In this document: positions 47,206-61,704 of the stretch, piece by piece | Layout: each line of letters begins with the position of its first letter | Position numbering within the stretch: the stretch's first letter is position 1 | From: Chloroflexota bacterium | GTDB lineage: Bacteria; Chloroflexota; Limnocylindria; Limnocylindrales; CSP1-4 | Direction: 5' to 3' | DNA: 64,000 nucleotides | Assembly: GCA_040389445.1 (NCBI GenBank) | Contig: JAZJZX010000003.1 | Coordinates: forward strand, 5,298-69,297 | The notes under the pieces: generated by a model | Told to the model about the DNA's origin: nothing | The model's database searches: none | The model's input: only the letters and a program-made list of their open reading frames with translations | Translations under genes and position numbers: made by a program

Positions 47206-48411
47206 ATGACGACGGCCCCTGCCCGACACGAACCGGAGTCGCCGGACCTCCGGTCCCGCCTGATTCGTCTTGAGCCGGCTGCCGCCGAGCGACCGGAAGC
47301 CGTTCGCGTGGTTCGGTCTCCCGCGCGGGTCAACCTCATCGGCGAGCACACGGACTACAACGACGGCCTCGTCCTGCCGGCCGCCATCAATCTCGAGATC
47401 CGGGTCGCGCTCGTTCCGACGGACGATGACCGGGTGGAGCTGACGCTTGCCGCGACCGGTGAGCGCGGGGTGCTCGATCTCCGCGATATCGGCCCGAAGC
47501 GCGGCATGTGGCTCGACTATGTCGCCGGCACGGCATGGGCGCTCCGCGAGGCCGGGGTCCCGATTCGCGGGTTCCGGGGACTCCTCGAATCGTCCATCCC
47601 CACCGGCGCCGGGTTGTCCTCATCGGCCGCTCTCGAGCTCGCAGCCGCCTGGGCGCTCGCCGGTGGCAAGGCACCCGCACTGGAGCCGATGACCCTTGCC
47701 CAGACTGCCCAGCGGGCCGAGAACGAGTACGTCGGGGTCCTGTGCGGGCTCATGGATCAATTCGCCGTGACGCTGGGCAAGGCGGGCAGCGCCCTCCTGC
47801 TGGATTGCCGGTCACTGGCCTGGCACCCGGTGCCCGTCCCGGCGGAGATCGAGATCGTCGTCTGCCATTCCGGCAGTCCCCGCCGCCTCGAAGCATCTGC
47901 CTACAACGCTCGGCGCGCCGAATGCAACCGCGCCGTGGCGGCAATCCGAACGCATGCACCGGGCGTCGTTGCCCTTCGAGACGTGGACCTCCCGATGCTG
48001 GAACGCTACCGCGCCGAGATCGACGAGATTGCCTACGCGCGCGCACTCCACGTGGTGAGCGAGAACGCCCGGGTCGTCGAAGCCGAGACGGCGCTTCGGG
48101 CGGGAGACCTCGATTCGGTTGGCTCCCTGTTCGCCGCGTCGCACGCATCGCTGCGTGACCGATTCGAGGTTTCATCCGAGGCCCTCGACGCACTGGTGGA
48201 GATCGCCGTCGGGACGCCCGGCGTGGTCGCCGCCCGGCTCACAGGGGCGGGGTTCGGAGGCTGCACGGTCAACCTCGTGGAGCGCGGTCGGGCGGATCAG
48301 CTGCGCGCAGCCGTCGAGCGCGACTACGCCGCGCGGACGGGCCTGTCCCCGCAGGTGTTCGTGGTCGAAGCCGCCGATGGCGTCGGCACCCTGACGCCGG
48401 GTGCCGTCTGA
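47206..48411 (+). CDS. galK: Galactokinase
   Basis: PARVNLIGEHTDYN, PTGAGLSSSA, CGLMDQ, RLTGAGFGG. Confidence 0.96.
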   Translation: MTTAPARHEPESPDLRSRLIRLEPAAAERPEAVRVVRSPARVNLIGEHTDYNDGLVLPAAINLEIRVALVPTDDDRVELTLAATGERGVLDLRDIGPKRGMWLDYVAGTAWALREAGVPIRGFRGLLESSIPTGAGLSSSAALELAAAWALAGGKAPALEPMTLAQTAQRAENEYVGVLCGLMDQFAVTLGKAGSALLLDCRSLAWHPVPVPAEIEIVVCHSGSPRRLEASAYNARRAECNRAVAAIRTHAPGVVALRDVDLPMLERYRAEIDEIAYARALHVVSENARVVEAETALRAGDLDSVGSLFAASHASLRDRFEVSSEALDALVEIAVGTPGVVAARLTGAGFGGCTVNLVERGRADQLRAAVERDYAARTGLSPQVFVVEAADGVGTLTPGAV

Positions 48412-48424
48412 GGGTTCTCGCGGC

Positions 48425-50688
48425 TCAGCCGGCGGTGAGCACCCAGATGTGGGCGCTGAAGTCGCCGCGCGGTGCCCGAGCCGGCGGGTCCGCCGGCTCG
48501 ATGCCCAGCCCGACGGCCATGAGGAGATCGCCGCCGCGCTGCTGACGGTCCGCTGGTGCGCCGCGATCAGCGCGGCGAGCAGCTCCGTCCTCGCGCGGCG
48601 CGCTGCCGGCACCGTCGATGGCCGGCCACGGCTCGACCTCGTAGACCAGGCCTGGATCCAGGCCGCGGAGCCGGAGCCGATCCGGGGGTGGGACCGGCCG
48701 CTCCAGGATCCGGATGTGGGCGACGATCGCCGTCCGGCGATCCGGCGCCACGACCATCCACGCGGCGTCGTCGTTGCCGAGCGGGCTGCGAAGCCTGATG
48801 AAGCGCCCGCGCTGGAAGACCTCGCGGTGCTCGATGTAGAACGCAATCTGGGCTCGGATCTCCATCCGCTCGTCGTCCGTCAGCGTGCGCGGGTCCAGCT
48901 CGTAGCCGAAGACCCCGAAGAAGGCCACGGCCGCGCGCGTTCGCAGCGGGGTGATGCGGCCGACCTGGTGGTTCGGGACCGCCGAGAGATGTGCCCCCAT
49001 CGAGCTCAGCGGGTAGACATGCGAGGCACCCCACTGGATCGCGAGCCGCTCGATGGCATCGGTGTCGTCGCTGGTCCAGGCCTGTGGCGCATAGGCGAGC
49101 ATGCCGGGGTCGAAACGACCGCCGCCGCCGGCACAGGATTCCCAGAGGATCTCCGGAAAGCGCGTCGTGAGCCGTTCCCACAGGTCGTAGGTTCCGAGCA
49201 TGTAGCGGTGGAAGAACTCGCCCTGCCGATCGGCTGGGAGCGACCCCGCGTGGGGCTCCGTGATGTTCCGATTCATGTCCCACTTGACATACCGGATCGA
49301 TGCACTCGACAGGATGGCGGCGATCGCCGCCTCCAGGTGGTCCACGACTTCCGGTCGTGAAAGATCCAGCACGAGTTGCTGCCGGCTCTCCGTGCGGGGC
49401 CGGCCGGGCAGGCCGATCACCCAGTCGGGGTGCTCCGTGAAGAGACGGCTGCGCGGGCTGACCATCTCGGGTTCGATCCACAGGCCGAAGGCCAGGCCCA
49501 TCGCCTCGACCTCGGCCGCCAGCGGACCCAGGCCGTTCGGCAACTTCCGGCGATCCACGACCCAGTCGCCGAGCGAGCTGGTGTCGCTGTCCCGCTCACC
49601 GAACCAGCCGTCGTCGAGCACGAAGAGCTCCACGCCGAGGTCTGCTGCGGCCCGGGCCATCTCGACCAGCCGAGCGTGATCGAAGTCGAAATAGACCCCC
49701 TCCCAGCTGTTCAGCAATACGGGTCGCGGGCGGTCCCGCCAGGGCCCGCGCGCCAGGCGCTCGCGATAGAGCCCGTGCAGCGCGTCGCTGAGCGCGCCGA
49801 TCCCGGCGTCTGACCAGGCAACGACGGCTTCGGGGGTCGTGAACGAGGCCCCCGGCTCCAGGGTCCAGGCGAACCCTTCCGGGTGGAGCCCGATCCGGAC
49901 GCGGGTGGAGCCGCGAGGTCCCGACTCGGCCTCGGCCAGGAAGTTGCCCGAGTAGAGCAGCGACAGGGCGAACCCCTCGCCGGCCGTCTCGTCTGCGCCG
50001 GGCCGAAGGAGGAACAGCGAGGGATCCTGCTGGTGGCCCGTCGCGCCGCGAAGGCTTCCCAGGGAGCGGCGACCGGGCAGGAGCGGGGCACGGTGCGGGT
50101 GGCGCTCGCGGGCCCAGGCTCCACTGAACCCGAGCACCTCCCAGGGACCGTCCGGGAGATCGATCGCGGCGCTCATCGCCGTCCGGACGACGAGCCGGTT
50201 GGGCCCCCCATTCATGAGACGCATGGAGCGGGCGACGACCGGTCGGTCCTCGAACAAGGTGAGGGTCAGCACGGCACGGAGGCCCGCGACCGCGTCCTCG
50301 AGATCGATCTCGACGGTCGTGGCTTCGCTCGGATCCTCCGCGTAGGTCGCCGGGAGGCCATCGAGAGGTGGCTTGCCCGGGAGCACGCGATGGCCCGCGT
50401 AGACGAGGTCGAGCACGGTCCCGCCGTCGGCGTCCTCCACGACGAGGGCCGGGATCCGGAAGTCGCCGCCCCCCGGCGTCGGCACGACGAGCGCAATCGG
50501 CTCGTCGACGCGATTTGAGAAGCCCTGGAAGTCCGTAGGGCCCAGGTGCGCATACGAGGCGGCCGAATCCAGGGGTGCGCCGACATGGAGTTGCCCCAGC
50601 CAGCCGTTCTCGAGGACACCGAGGACCAGACTCAGCTTGCCGTTGTGGAGGTGCAGCTCCCGGGTCGCGTCGCGCCAGGTGATCGGCA

Positions 50689-50689
<1 letters not shown>
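48425..50689 (-). CDS. Alpha-galactosidase, GH36
   Basis: NSWEG, LDDGW, FGLWIEPE, YVKWDMNR, CAGGGGRFD, WTSDDTD. Confidence 0.95.
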
Positions 50690-54670
<3,981 letters not shown>

Positions 54671-54674
<4 letters not shown>

Positions 54675-55669
54675 GCCGCGTCATCCTTGAGCGAGCGAGT
54701 CAGGTAGTAGATGATCGGACCCACCGAGATCACCAGCAGGACCATCGCGAGCGCAGATCCAAATCCGATGCGACTGGCCTCACCGATGATGTTGTTGGTC
54801 ACCAGCACGGACAGGATCTCAAGGCCGTTGAGGCCGCGGTTGGTGATGTAGACGAGGTCGAAGGCGCGGAGCGACTCGATCACCGTGATCACGAGCACGA
54901 CGACGTTGATCGGGCGGAGCACGGGGAAGACGACCCGGAAGAACGTCTGGCGCTCGCTCGCCCCGTCGATGGATGCGGCCTCGCGCAATCCCGGGTCCAC
55001 CGACTTCAAGCCGGCGAGGTACAGCACCATGATGTACCCGATGTGGCGCCAGCTCGCCGCCACGAGAATGGCCCACAGGTTGACATTCCGGTTGCCGAAC
55101 CAGTCGATGGCCTGTGGGGTGCCCGCCGTTCCCAGGAGGCTGTTGATGAGGCCCTGGTCCGGGGAGTAGATCAGCTGCCAGATGAAGCCGACGATGGCCA
55201 GGGACAGGACCACCGGCAGATAGATCGCGCTCTGATAGACCCGCGTGCCGCGAATCTCCTTGTCCAGCAGGACGGCCAGGAAGATCCCGATCGGCGTGGC
55301 GATGAGCAGGAACACGGCCAGCCAGATCAGGTTGTGCTGGATTGCCGGCCAGAACGGGGGATAGACCCCGCTGAAGAGGTCCGTGTAGTTCTTCAGGCCG
55401 ATGAACTTGATCCGATCCAGGCCGATGCCGTTCCACGAGGTGAAGGACAGGATGCCCGACGCGATGGTCGGGAGCCAGATGAAGAACACGTGGATGGCGG
55501 TCGGGATTCCCACCATCAGGCCGAGGACCAGCTTGTCCCGGCGGGTCAGGACGCTGAACCGGCGCCGCTTGCGGGGAGCATCGCCGGGCGCCTCCCCGAC
55601 AGGAATGCCGAGCCGGCGGCGCGTTGGCGCCGCCGGCTCGGAGAGCCCGCGATTGACGGAATCAGTCAC
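54671..55669 (-). CDS. Carbohydrate ABC transporter permease (MalF-like)
   Basis: LREAASIDGA EAA loop; IESLRAFD. Confidence 0.93.
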
Positions 55670-55692
55670 GGGTTCGTTTCGATCTCAGACGC

Positions 55693-57075
55693 TCACTGCG
55701 GGGGCAGCGAGTCGTAGAAGGATTGGATCGTCCCGAGGAACGTATCCAGGTTCTGGTTGGGATCATTCAGGAAGGTCTGAAGGAAGCCCTGCATACCGTT
55801 GCCGCCGGCGAAGTCCGGCCGGGTGTCGCGGTCCAGGAACTGGGCGATCGCACCGGACTTGCCGATGATCTCGGCCATCTTCTTCTGGAACGGCGAGTAG
55901 CTGCTGGTGTCGGCGTCCTTCGCGGCCGCGACATTGTTGGGGCTGGTCTTGAGGAACTCGAGTTGGGCCGGGCCCGTCGCGACACACGCGAGCAGGGCCT
56001 TGGCGCCCTCGGCGTTCTTGGGTGACTTGCTGAGCATCAGGCCGTCGATCGGCGCATCGATGGCGTTCTCGCTGTCCCACTGGTTCCCGAGGACCGGGAA
56101 CGGGAAGAAGTCGAGGTCGTCGTGGATGGCCGGATCGCTGGCCTGCTCGCCCGCGAAGGTCCCAAGGAAGTACATCGCGGCTTCCTTGTTGATCATCGAC
56201 TGGGCGCCTTCCTGCCAGGTCCGCCCGAGGGCGTTCGGCTGCGTGAAGGGGAGCAGTTCCTTCCAGAGGTTGAAGACATCCTTCACCCGCGTATCGGTCC
56301 ACTTCTCCTTGCCGGCCATCAGGTCGACATGGAACTTGTAGCCGTTCTGGCGCATGTTGAGGATATCGAACGTGCCCATCGCCGGCCAGCCGTCCTTGTC
56401 GGCAAAGGCAAGCGGAACGAGCCCGTCCGCCTGGATCTTGGCGGCGAGGGTCTTGAAGTCGGCCCAGGTCGTCGGGACGGCGTACCCCTTCTCGGCGAAG
56501 AGGCTCTTTCGGTAGATGATGACCCACGGGTAGTTGTACATCGGGATGAAGTACTGCTTGCCGTCGTCGCCCGTGGACGCCTGCTTGAAGGCGTCCGAGT
56601 AGTTGCTCCCGGCCGTGGCCCAGACATCGGAGATGTCGGTCGCCAGGCCCTGGGCGGCGAAGAACCGCATCCGGTAGCCGGCAAACCAGGTGAACACGTC
56701 GTCGGGTGTCCCCTGGAGGTACGAGTTGAGGCTGTCCTGGAACGCGCCGTGCTCGACCGTGTTGATCTTCGGCGTGGCCGTGGTCTGCGTGGCGCAGTAG
56801 TTGAGCATGGCCGCGAAGGCGTCCTTCGGGACCTGATCCGAGTAGTTGGACCCGATCGTGACGTCGCCGAGTGGCGCGGCGTCCGTCGGGGTGGTTGATG
56901 CCCCGGGCTGGCTGGCCGGCGGCTGCGAGGCCGGCGCCTGTGAGGCGCCTCCGCCACACGCGGTGGCCATCAGCGCCAGCGAGGCACCAAGGACAAGGAA
57001 ACGTGCCGCGGTCCGGCGCGGCCTCCGCGCGACGGCCAGCGATCCTGGCCCACGCGACGATCTGAGATCTGCCAT
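55693..57075 (-). CDS. Carbohydrate ABC transporter solute-binding lipoprotein
   Basis: Lipobox ATAC; PDDVFTWFAG; PTTWADF. Confidence 0.92.
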   Translation of the reverse strand: MADLRSSRGPGSLAVARRPRRTAARFLVLGASLALMATACGGGASQAPASQPPASQPGASTTPTDAAPLGDVTIGSNYSDQVPKDAFAAMLNYCATQTTATPKINTVEHGAFQDSLNSYLQGTPDDVFTWFAGYRMRFFAAQGLATDISDVWATAGSNYSDAFKQASTGDDGKQYFIPMYNYPWVIIYRKSLFAEKGYAVPTTWADFKTLAAKIQADGLVPLAFADKDGWPAMGTFDILNMRQNGYKFHVDLMAGKEKWTDTRVKDVFNLWKELLPFTQPNALGRTWQEGAQSMINKEAAMYFLGTFAGEQASDPAIHDDLDFFPFPVLGNQWDSENAIDAPIDGLMLSKSPKNAEGAKALLACVATGPAQLEFLKTSPNNVAAAKDADTSSYSPFQKKMAEIIGKSGAIAQFLDRDTRPDFAGGNGMQGFLQTFLNDPNQNLDTFLGTIQSFYDSLPPQ

Positions 57076-57150
57076 CGAAGCGGCTCTCCTCCAACATGTG
57101 GTCGCAACGAGTCGGCATGGACGCACACAAACCGACAGGACCGAACATCA

Positions 57151-57259
57151 GTTTCGGCGGTGGATGGGGGAGTGTCAAGCGGATTCTCGCATTTCGCCTG
57201 TGTTTTGTGGCGCCTCATAACGGAAGTGCGTTGACTTTTGGGTGAACCTGCGCGAACCT
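57151..57259. promoter_or_regulatory. Divergent sigma70-type promoters for the sugar ABC operon and deoR-galT
   Basis: Minus strand TTGACA-N17-GAAACT; plus strand TTGACT(57231)-N17-GAACCT(57254), just before ATG 57265. Confidence 0.45.
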
Positions 57260-57264
57260 TCGCA

Positions 57265-58134
57265 ATGACCAATCACCGTCGGCGCCGGAGGTCCTGTCCG
57301 CCCGTGCTCGCTCGTCAACGCCAGACCTACATCCTTGAGCGCGTTCGAGAAGACGGCGCCGTCCGCGTCGCCGAGCTGGCCCGGGACCTCAATGTCTCGG
57401 ACATGACCGTCAGGCGTGACCTGGATCTGCTCCACCAGCAGGGCCTGCTCGAGAAGGTGCATGGCGGAGCAACCCAGACGAGTGGCAGCTCGCTCTTCGA
57501 GCCTGGGTTCGTGGTGAAGTCCGAGTTGCAGCTCGCTGAAAAGGGTGAGATCGCTGCGGCCGCCGCCGAGCTCGTCACGCCGGGCATGGCGATCGCGCTC
57601 TCCGCGGGAACGACCACCTACGCCCTGGCGCGCCGACTCACCGAACTGGAGGGCCTCACCGTCGTCACGAATTCCGTGCCGGTCGCGGATGTCCTGTATC
57701 GACTGGGCCGTCCGGACCAGACGATCATCGTCACCGGCGGTGTCCGCACCCCGAGCGATGCCCTCGTCGGTCCGTTCGCCGTTGCCGCCCTGCGGACGAT
57801 CCACGTCGACCTCGTGTTCATGGGCGTCCACGGCATGGATCCCCACTCCGGATTCACGACGCCCAACCTCCTCGAAGCAGAGACAAATCGCGCCCTCGTG
57901 GAGGCGGGACGGCGGCTCGTGGTTCTCGCCGACCATACCAAGTGGGGTGTGATCGGGATCAGCTCGATCGCACGGCTCGATCAGGCCGACCTCCTGATCT
58001 CCGATGCGGGGCTGGACGCCGAGGCGCGCCTGGCCCTCGGACGGGAGGTCCGCGAACTGGTCGTCGTGGAGCAGCCCTCGGGCGTCAACGGAGCTGTCGC
58101 GGCCCAGCTCGACGCGGCCCCGTCTGGACGATGA
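57265..58134 (+). CDS. DeoR/GlpR-family transcriptional regulator (alternative start 57304)
   Basis: VSDMTVRRDLDLL, KVHGGA, SAGTTT, VLADHTKW. Confidence 0.93.
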   Translation: MTNHRRRRRSCPPVLARQRQTYILERVREDGAVRVAELARDLNVSDMTVRRDLDLLHQQGLLEKVHGGATQTSGSSLFEPGFVVKSELQLAEKGEIAAAAAELVTPGMAIALSAGTTTYALARRLTELEGLTVVTNSVPVADVLYRLGRPDQTIIVTGGVRTPSDALVGPFAVAALRTIHVDLVFMGVHGMDPHSGFTTPNLLEAETNRALVEAGRRLVVLADHTKWGVIGISSIARLDQADLLISDAGLDAEARLALGREVRELVVVEQPSGVNGAVAAQLDAAPSGR

Positions 58135-59234
58135 ATCACTCTGCTGGACGCGCGTCCGACGCGGCGTTCGACCGCATCCGGGGCGAGCCCCATCGTCGAT
58201 ACAACCCGCTCATCGACGAGTGGATCCTCGTCTCATCGGGTCGAACGAGCCGCCCCTGGCAGGGACGTCGAGAGGCTGCCGGCCAGGAGTCGGCCCCGAG
58301 GTTCGACCCGAACTGCTATCTCTGCCCCGGCAACGTTCGCGCCAACGGCGAGCGGAACCCGGCCTACGAGTCGACCTTCTCCTTCACGAACGACTTCTCG
58401 GCGCTCCGGCCGGGTACGACCACCGGGCGGGTTCAGAGCGGGCTGCTCCTTGCGGAGGGGGAGGAGGGCGCTTGTCACGTCCTCTGCTTCAGCCCTCGAC
58501 ATGACCTGACCCTTGCCCTCATGCCGGTGCCGGCCGTGCGTCAGGTCGTCGACGTCTGGGCGGCTGAGACGACCGAGCTCGGCGCGCAGTACCGCTGGGT
58601 CCAGGTATTCGAGAACCGCGGCCAGATCATGGGGGCGTCCAGCCCACATCCGCACGGCCAGGTATGGGCGGGATCGGCGCTGCCGCGCGAGGCTGCCAAG
58701 GAAGACGCCGCGCAGCGACGGCACCACGGAGCGGTCGGTCGGCCGCTCCTGCTCGACTATGCGGATCAGGAACTGGACGGGCCGCGGGTAGTGGAGGTCA
58801 ACGACGACTGGCTGGTCGTGGTCCCGTTCTGGGCCGCATGGCCGTATGAGACGCTGCTCGTGGCGCGGCAGCCGGTCGCCCGCCTGCCCGACCTGACCTC
58901 GAGCCAGCGGGACAGCCTGGCCGCGATTCTGATCCGCCTCCTGACGCGCTACGACAACCTGTTCGGGCTTTCGTTCCCATACTCCATGGGATGGCACCAG
59001 GCGCCGTTCGGCGGTACGGACACGGACCACTGGCAGCTCCATGCGCACTTCCTGCCCCCACTCCTGCGGGCCAATGTTCGAAAGTTCATGGTTGGCTACG
59101 AACTCCTCGCCGAGTCGCAACGGGACCTGACCGCGGAACAGACGGCCGGCGAACTCCGGGCGGCCTCGCCCACGCATCGGTTCGTGGTGCCGGTGGCGGA
59201 GATGGACGCGCCGATCCCGGCTCGCACGACCTGA
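58131..59234 (+). CDS. galT: Galactose-1-phosphate uridylyltransferase
   Basis: HRRYNPL, RPWQG, CYLCPGN, FENRG, HPHGQ active site. Confidence 0.96.
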   Translation: MNHSAGRASDAAFDRIRGEPHRRYNPLIDEWILVSSGRTSRPWQGRREAAGQESAPRFDPNCYLCPGNVRANGERNPAYESTFSFTNDFSALRPGTTTGRVQSGLLLAEGEEGACHVLCFSPRHDLTLALMPVPAVRQVVDVWAAETTELGAQYRWVQVFENRGQIMGASSPHPHGQVWAGSALPREAAKEDAAQRRHHGAVGRPLLLDYADQELDGPRVVEVNDDWLVVVPFWAAWPYETLLVARQPVARLPDLTSSQRDSLAAILIRLLTRYDNLFGLSFPYSMGWHQAPFGGTDTDHWQLHAHFLPPLLRANVRKFMVGYELLAESQRDLTAEQTAGELRAASPTHRFVVPVAEMDAPIPARTT

Positions 59235-59281
59235 GGGCCCGGGTCCAGGCCGCGCACGGTACGATCCGCCATGGAGGTGCC

Positions 59282-60697
59282 ATGCAGCGCTGGGGCGGTC
59301 GATTCACGGGCGACACGGATCCACGGGTCGTCGACTTCACGCGCTCGATCGAGATCGATGCCGCCCTCGCGTCCGACGATCTGCGGGGCTCCATCGCGCA
59401 CGTCCGAGGTCTCGGTCGGGCTGGAGTGCTGAGCGACACGGAGGTCGAGACGCTGGTTGCCGGCCTCGAGGCTCTCGGCGCCGAGGCCGAGGCCGGGTTG
59501 ATCGCCTGGGATCCGGCGCTGGAAGACGTCCACATGAACCTCGAGGCGATGCTGGAGGCGCGCATCGGGCCGCTGGCCAGAAAGCTGCATACCGGCCGAT
59601 CCCGGAATGACCAGGTCGCGACGGATCTGCGCCTCTGGACGCGGCGCGCGGTGGATCGCCTCGATCTCGCATTGGTGGCCATGGAGCGCGCGCTGGTCGG
59701 GCTCGCGGAGCGGGATGGTGAAGCGATCCTCCCCGGCACCACCCACATCCAGCCCGCCCAGCCGGTCCTCCTCGCCCACCACCTGCTGGCCTACGTGGAG
59801 ATGCTGGAGCGCGATCGGGGCCGGTTTGCCGATGCGCGGCGACGACTCAACGTATCGCCGCTGGGCTCGGGCGCGCTCGCCGGCGCCGGCTACCCATTGG
59901 ATCGGGAAGCAACCGCCGCGGAGCTCGGGTTCGACGGCGTTACCACCAACTCGCTCGACGCGGTCTCCGATCGGGACTTCGTCGTCGAGGTCCTGGCGGC
60001 CACAGCCCTCGCCATGGTCCACCTGTCGAGGCTCGCCGAGGAGATCACCTGGTGGTCCAACCCGAGCTTCGGTTTCGTGCGGGTCGCGGACGCCTTCTCC
60101 ACCGGCAGCTCGATGATGCCCAACAAGCGGAATCCTGATCCTGCCGAGCTCGTCCGGGGGCGTGCCGCGCGCACGATCGGGGCCCTCACGACCATGCTCG
60201 GGGTCCTCAAGGGCCTGCCGCTCGCCTACCAGCGGGACCTCCAGGAAGACAAGCCGCCGCTCTTCGACGCGGTCGCGACGCTGGAGGGCTCACTGGGCGT
60301 GATGACCGGCCTCGTTGAGACGCTCTCCGTGGACGCGCACCGCATGCGGGCGGCGGCCGATGAGGGGTTCACGACGGCGACGGCCGTCGCCGACGCGTTG
60401 GCGCGTCGCGGCATCGCCTTCCGAAGTGCCCACCACGTGGTGGGCTGGCTCGTGGCCGGCGCCGAGGCCCGCGGTGTGCGGCTGGATGCGACTACAGACG
60501 ATGCGCTCGCCGCGGCGCTCGCCGCTCTCGATGATGAGGTTGCGGCGGCGCTCGCGGCGGATCCGGGGATCGGGGCGGAGGTGCGATCCGCGGCCTCGGT
60601 GGCAGGTGCCCTCGCCGCCGCCGACGTCATCGGTGGCACGGCACCGAACAGGGTCCGCGCCGCCCTCGCCGCGGCGAGGCAACGGCTCGGCGGCTGA
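59282..60697 (+). CDS. argH: Argininosuccinate lyase
   Basis: WGGRF, HTGRSRNDQ, SPLGSGAL, GSSMMPNKRNPD, YQRDLQEDK. Confidence 0.97.
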   Translation: MQRWGGRFTGDTDPRVVDFTRSIEIDAALASDDLRGSIAHVRGLGRAGVLSDTEVETLVAGLEALGAEAEAGLIAWDPALEDVHMNLEAMLEARIGPLARKLHTGRSRNDQVATDLRLWTRRAVDRLDLALVAMERALVGLAERDGEAILPGTTHIQPAQPVLLAHHLLAYVEMLERDRGRFADARRRLNVSPLGSGALAGAGYPLDREATAAELGFDGVTTNSLDAVSDRDFVVEVLAATALAMVHLSRLAEEITWWSNPSFGFVRVADAFSTGSSMMPNKRNPDPAELVRGRAARTIGALTTMLGVLKGLPLAYQRDLQEDKPPLFDAVATLEGSLGVMTGLVETLSVDAHRMRAAADEGFTTATAVADALARRGIAFRSAHHVVGWLVAGAEARGVRLDATTDDALAAALAALDDEVAAALAADPGIGAEVRSAASVAGALAAADVIGGTAPNRVRAALAAARQRLGG

Positions 60698-60774
60698 CCC
60701 CCGATCCGGATTCAAGCACGACTCGGCCTGGAAGGGAACCGTCCGGCCGACCGGCGGTCAGCTGGAATCCTCAT

Positions 60775-60793
60775 TGACCGCCCAAACCGGTCA
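60775..60793. promoter_or_regulatory. TGACCG-N7-CGGTCA palindrome (TetR-like operator candidate) overlapping a TTGACC -35
   Basis: Perfect 6-bp arms at 60775-60780 and 60788-60793. Confidence 0.45.
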
Positions 60794-60988
60794 GTCGTAT
60801 AGGTCGCTCGTTTCCGTGTCCATCGGCAGGATGACCGATGCACCGTCCTGCCCTCCGACGAGATCCTGAAGCCCGAGTTCGGATTGTCCGAACCTCAGGG
60901 GAGATACGCGATGGCGAAGTTCATGCGCATGCACGAGCGGGCGGGAGAACCCGAACGCGGAGATCGATACCTTGGTGGTGGAGGCAGC

Positions 60989-61534
60989 ATGATCCGCATC
61001 TCACGGGCGCGATTCATCGCGTCGATCGGACTGGTGTCCGTTCTGGTCACGCTCGGCGCGGCGCTCACCTATGCCGGTGACAAGAACGACGTTCGGACGT
61101 TCGGCGACGTCCGGGCAGCCACAGCGCCGTTCCACAATCTGGATGTCGCGATAGCGGCTGGGTACGGACCGGTCAAGGGCTGCGCCCAGAACCCTGCCGT
61201 CGGCGGGATGGGCCAGCACTACGTCAAGGGTGACCTGGTCGGCGACCCGGCGCTCGACGCGCTCCGGCCCGAAGGACTCGTCTACGAGCCGCGCAGCGGG
61301 GGCGGCTATGAACTCGTGGCGATCGAATACCTCGTTCTCAAGGGTGATTGGGAGTCGGTGAACGGGGCCAACCCGCCGCGCCTCTTCGGCCAGCCGCTGA
61401 CGCTGGTTCCGGCAGGCAACGCCTACGGGTTGCCGGACTTCTACGAGCTCCACGTCTGGCTCTGGAAGAACAATCCCGCCGGACTCTTCGCCGACTGGAA
61501 CCGCCGGGTGTCCTGCCGAGGACTGCCGTTCTAG
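60989..61534 (+). CDS. Secreted hypothetical protein with GMGxHY...LHVW motifs
   Basis: SD GGAGG; signal-like N-terminus; GMGQHY, PEGLVYEP, LVAIEY, ELHVW, NPAGLF. Confidence 0.75.
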   Translation: MIRISRARFIASIGLVSVLVTLGAALTYAGDKNDVRTFGDVRAATAPFHNLDVAIAAGYGPVKGCAQNPAVGGMGQHYVKGDLVGDPALDALRPEGLVYEPRSGGGYELVAIEYLVLKGDWESVNGANPPRLFGQPLTLVPAGNAYGLPDFYELHVWLWKNNPAGLFADWNRRVSCRGLPF

Positions 61535-61550
61535 CCCCCGGGTTGTGCCG

Positions 61551-61584
61551 GATGGCGGCGGGCTCTACGAGCGTCGCCGCCATC
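61551..61584 (+). terminator. GC-rich hairpin downstream of the secreted protein gene
   Basis: GATGGCGGCG ... CGCCGCCATC 10-bp perfect stem; no U tract. Confidence 0.5.
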
Positions 61585-61704
61585 GCCTGACGCCACGCCT
61601 CCTGCGGTCAGCGATCCGCTCGAATGTCGCGACCTGCCAGCAGCCCGGCGTGACCCGCGACCGTTCCGGCGCGGTACCATCGACCCGACCAGCAGCGGAG
61701 GTCG

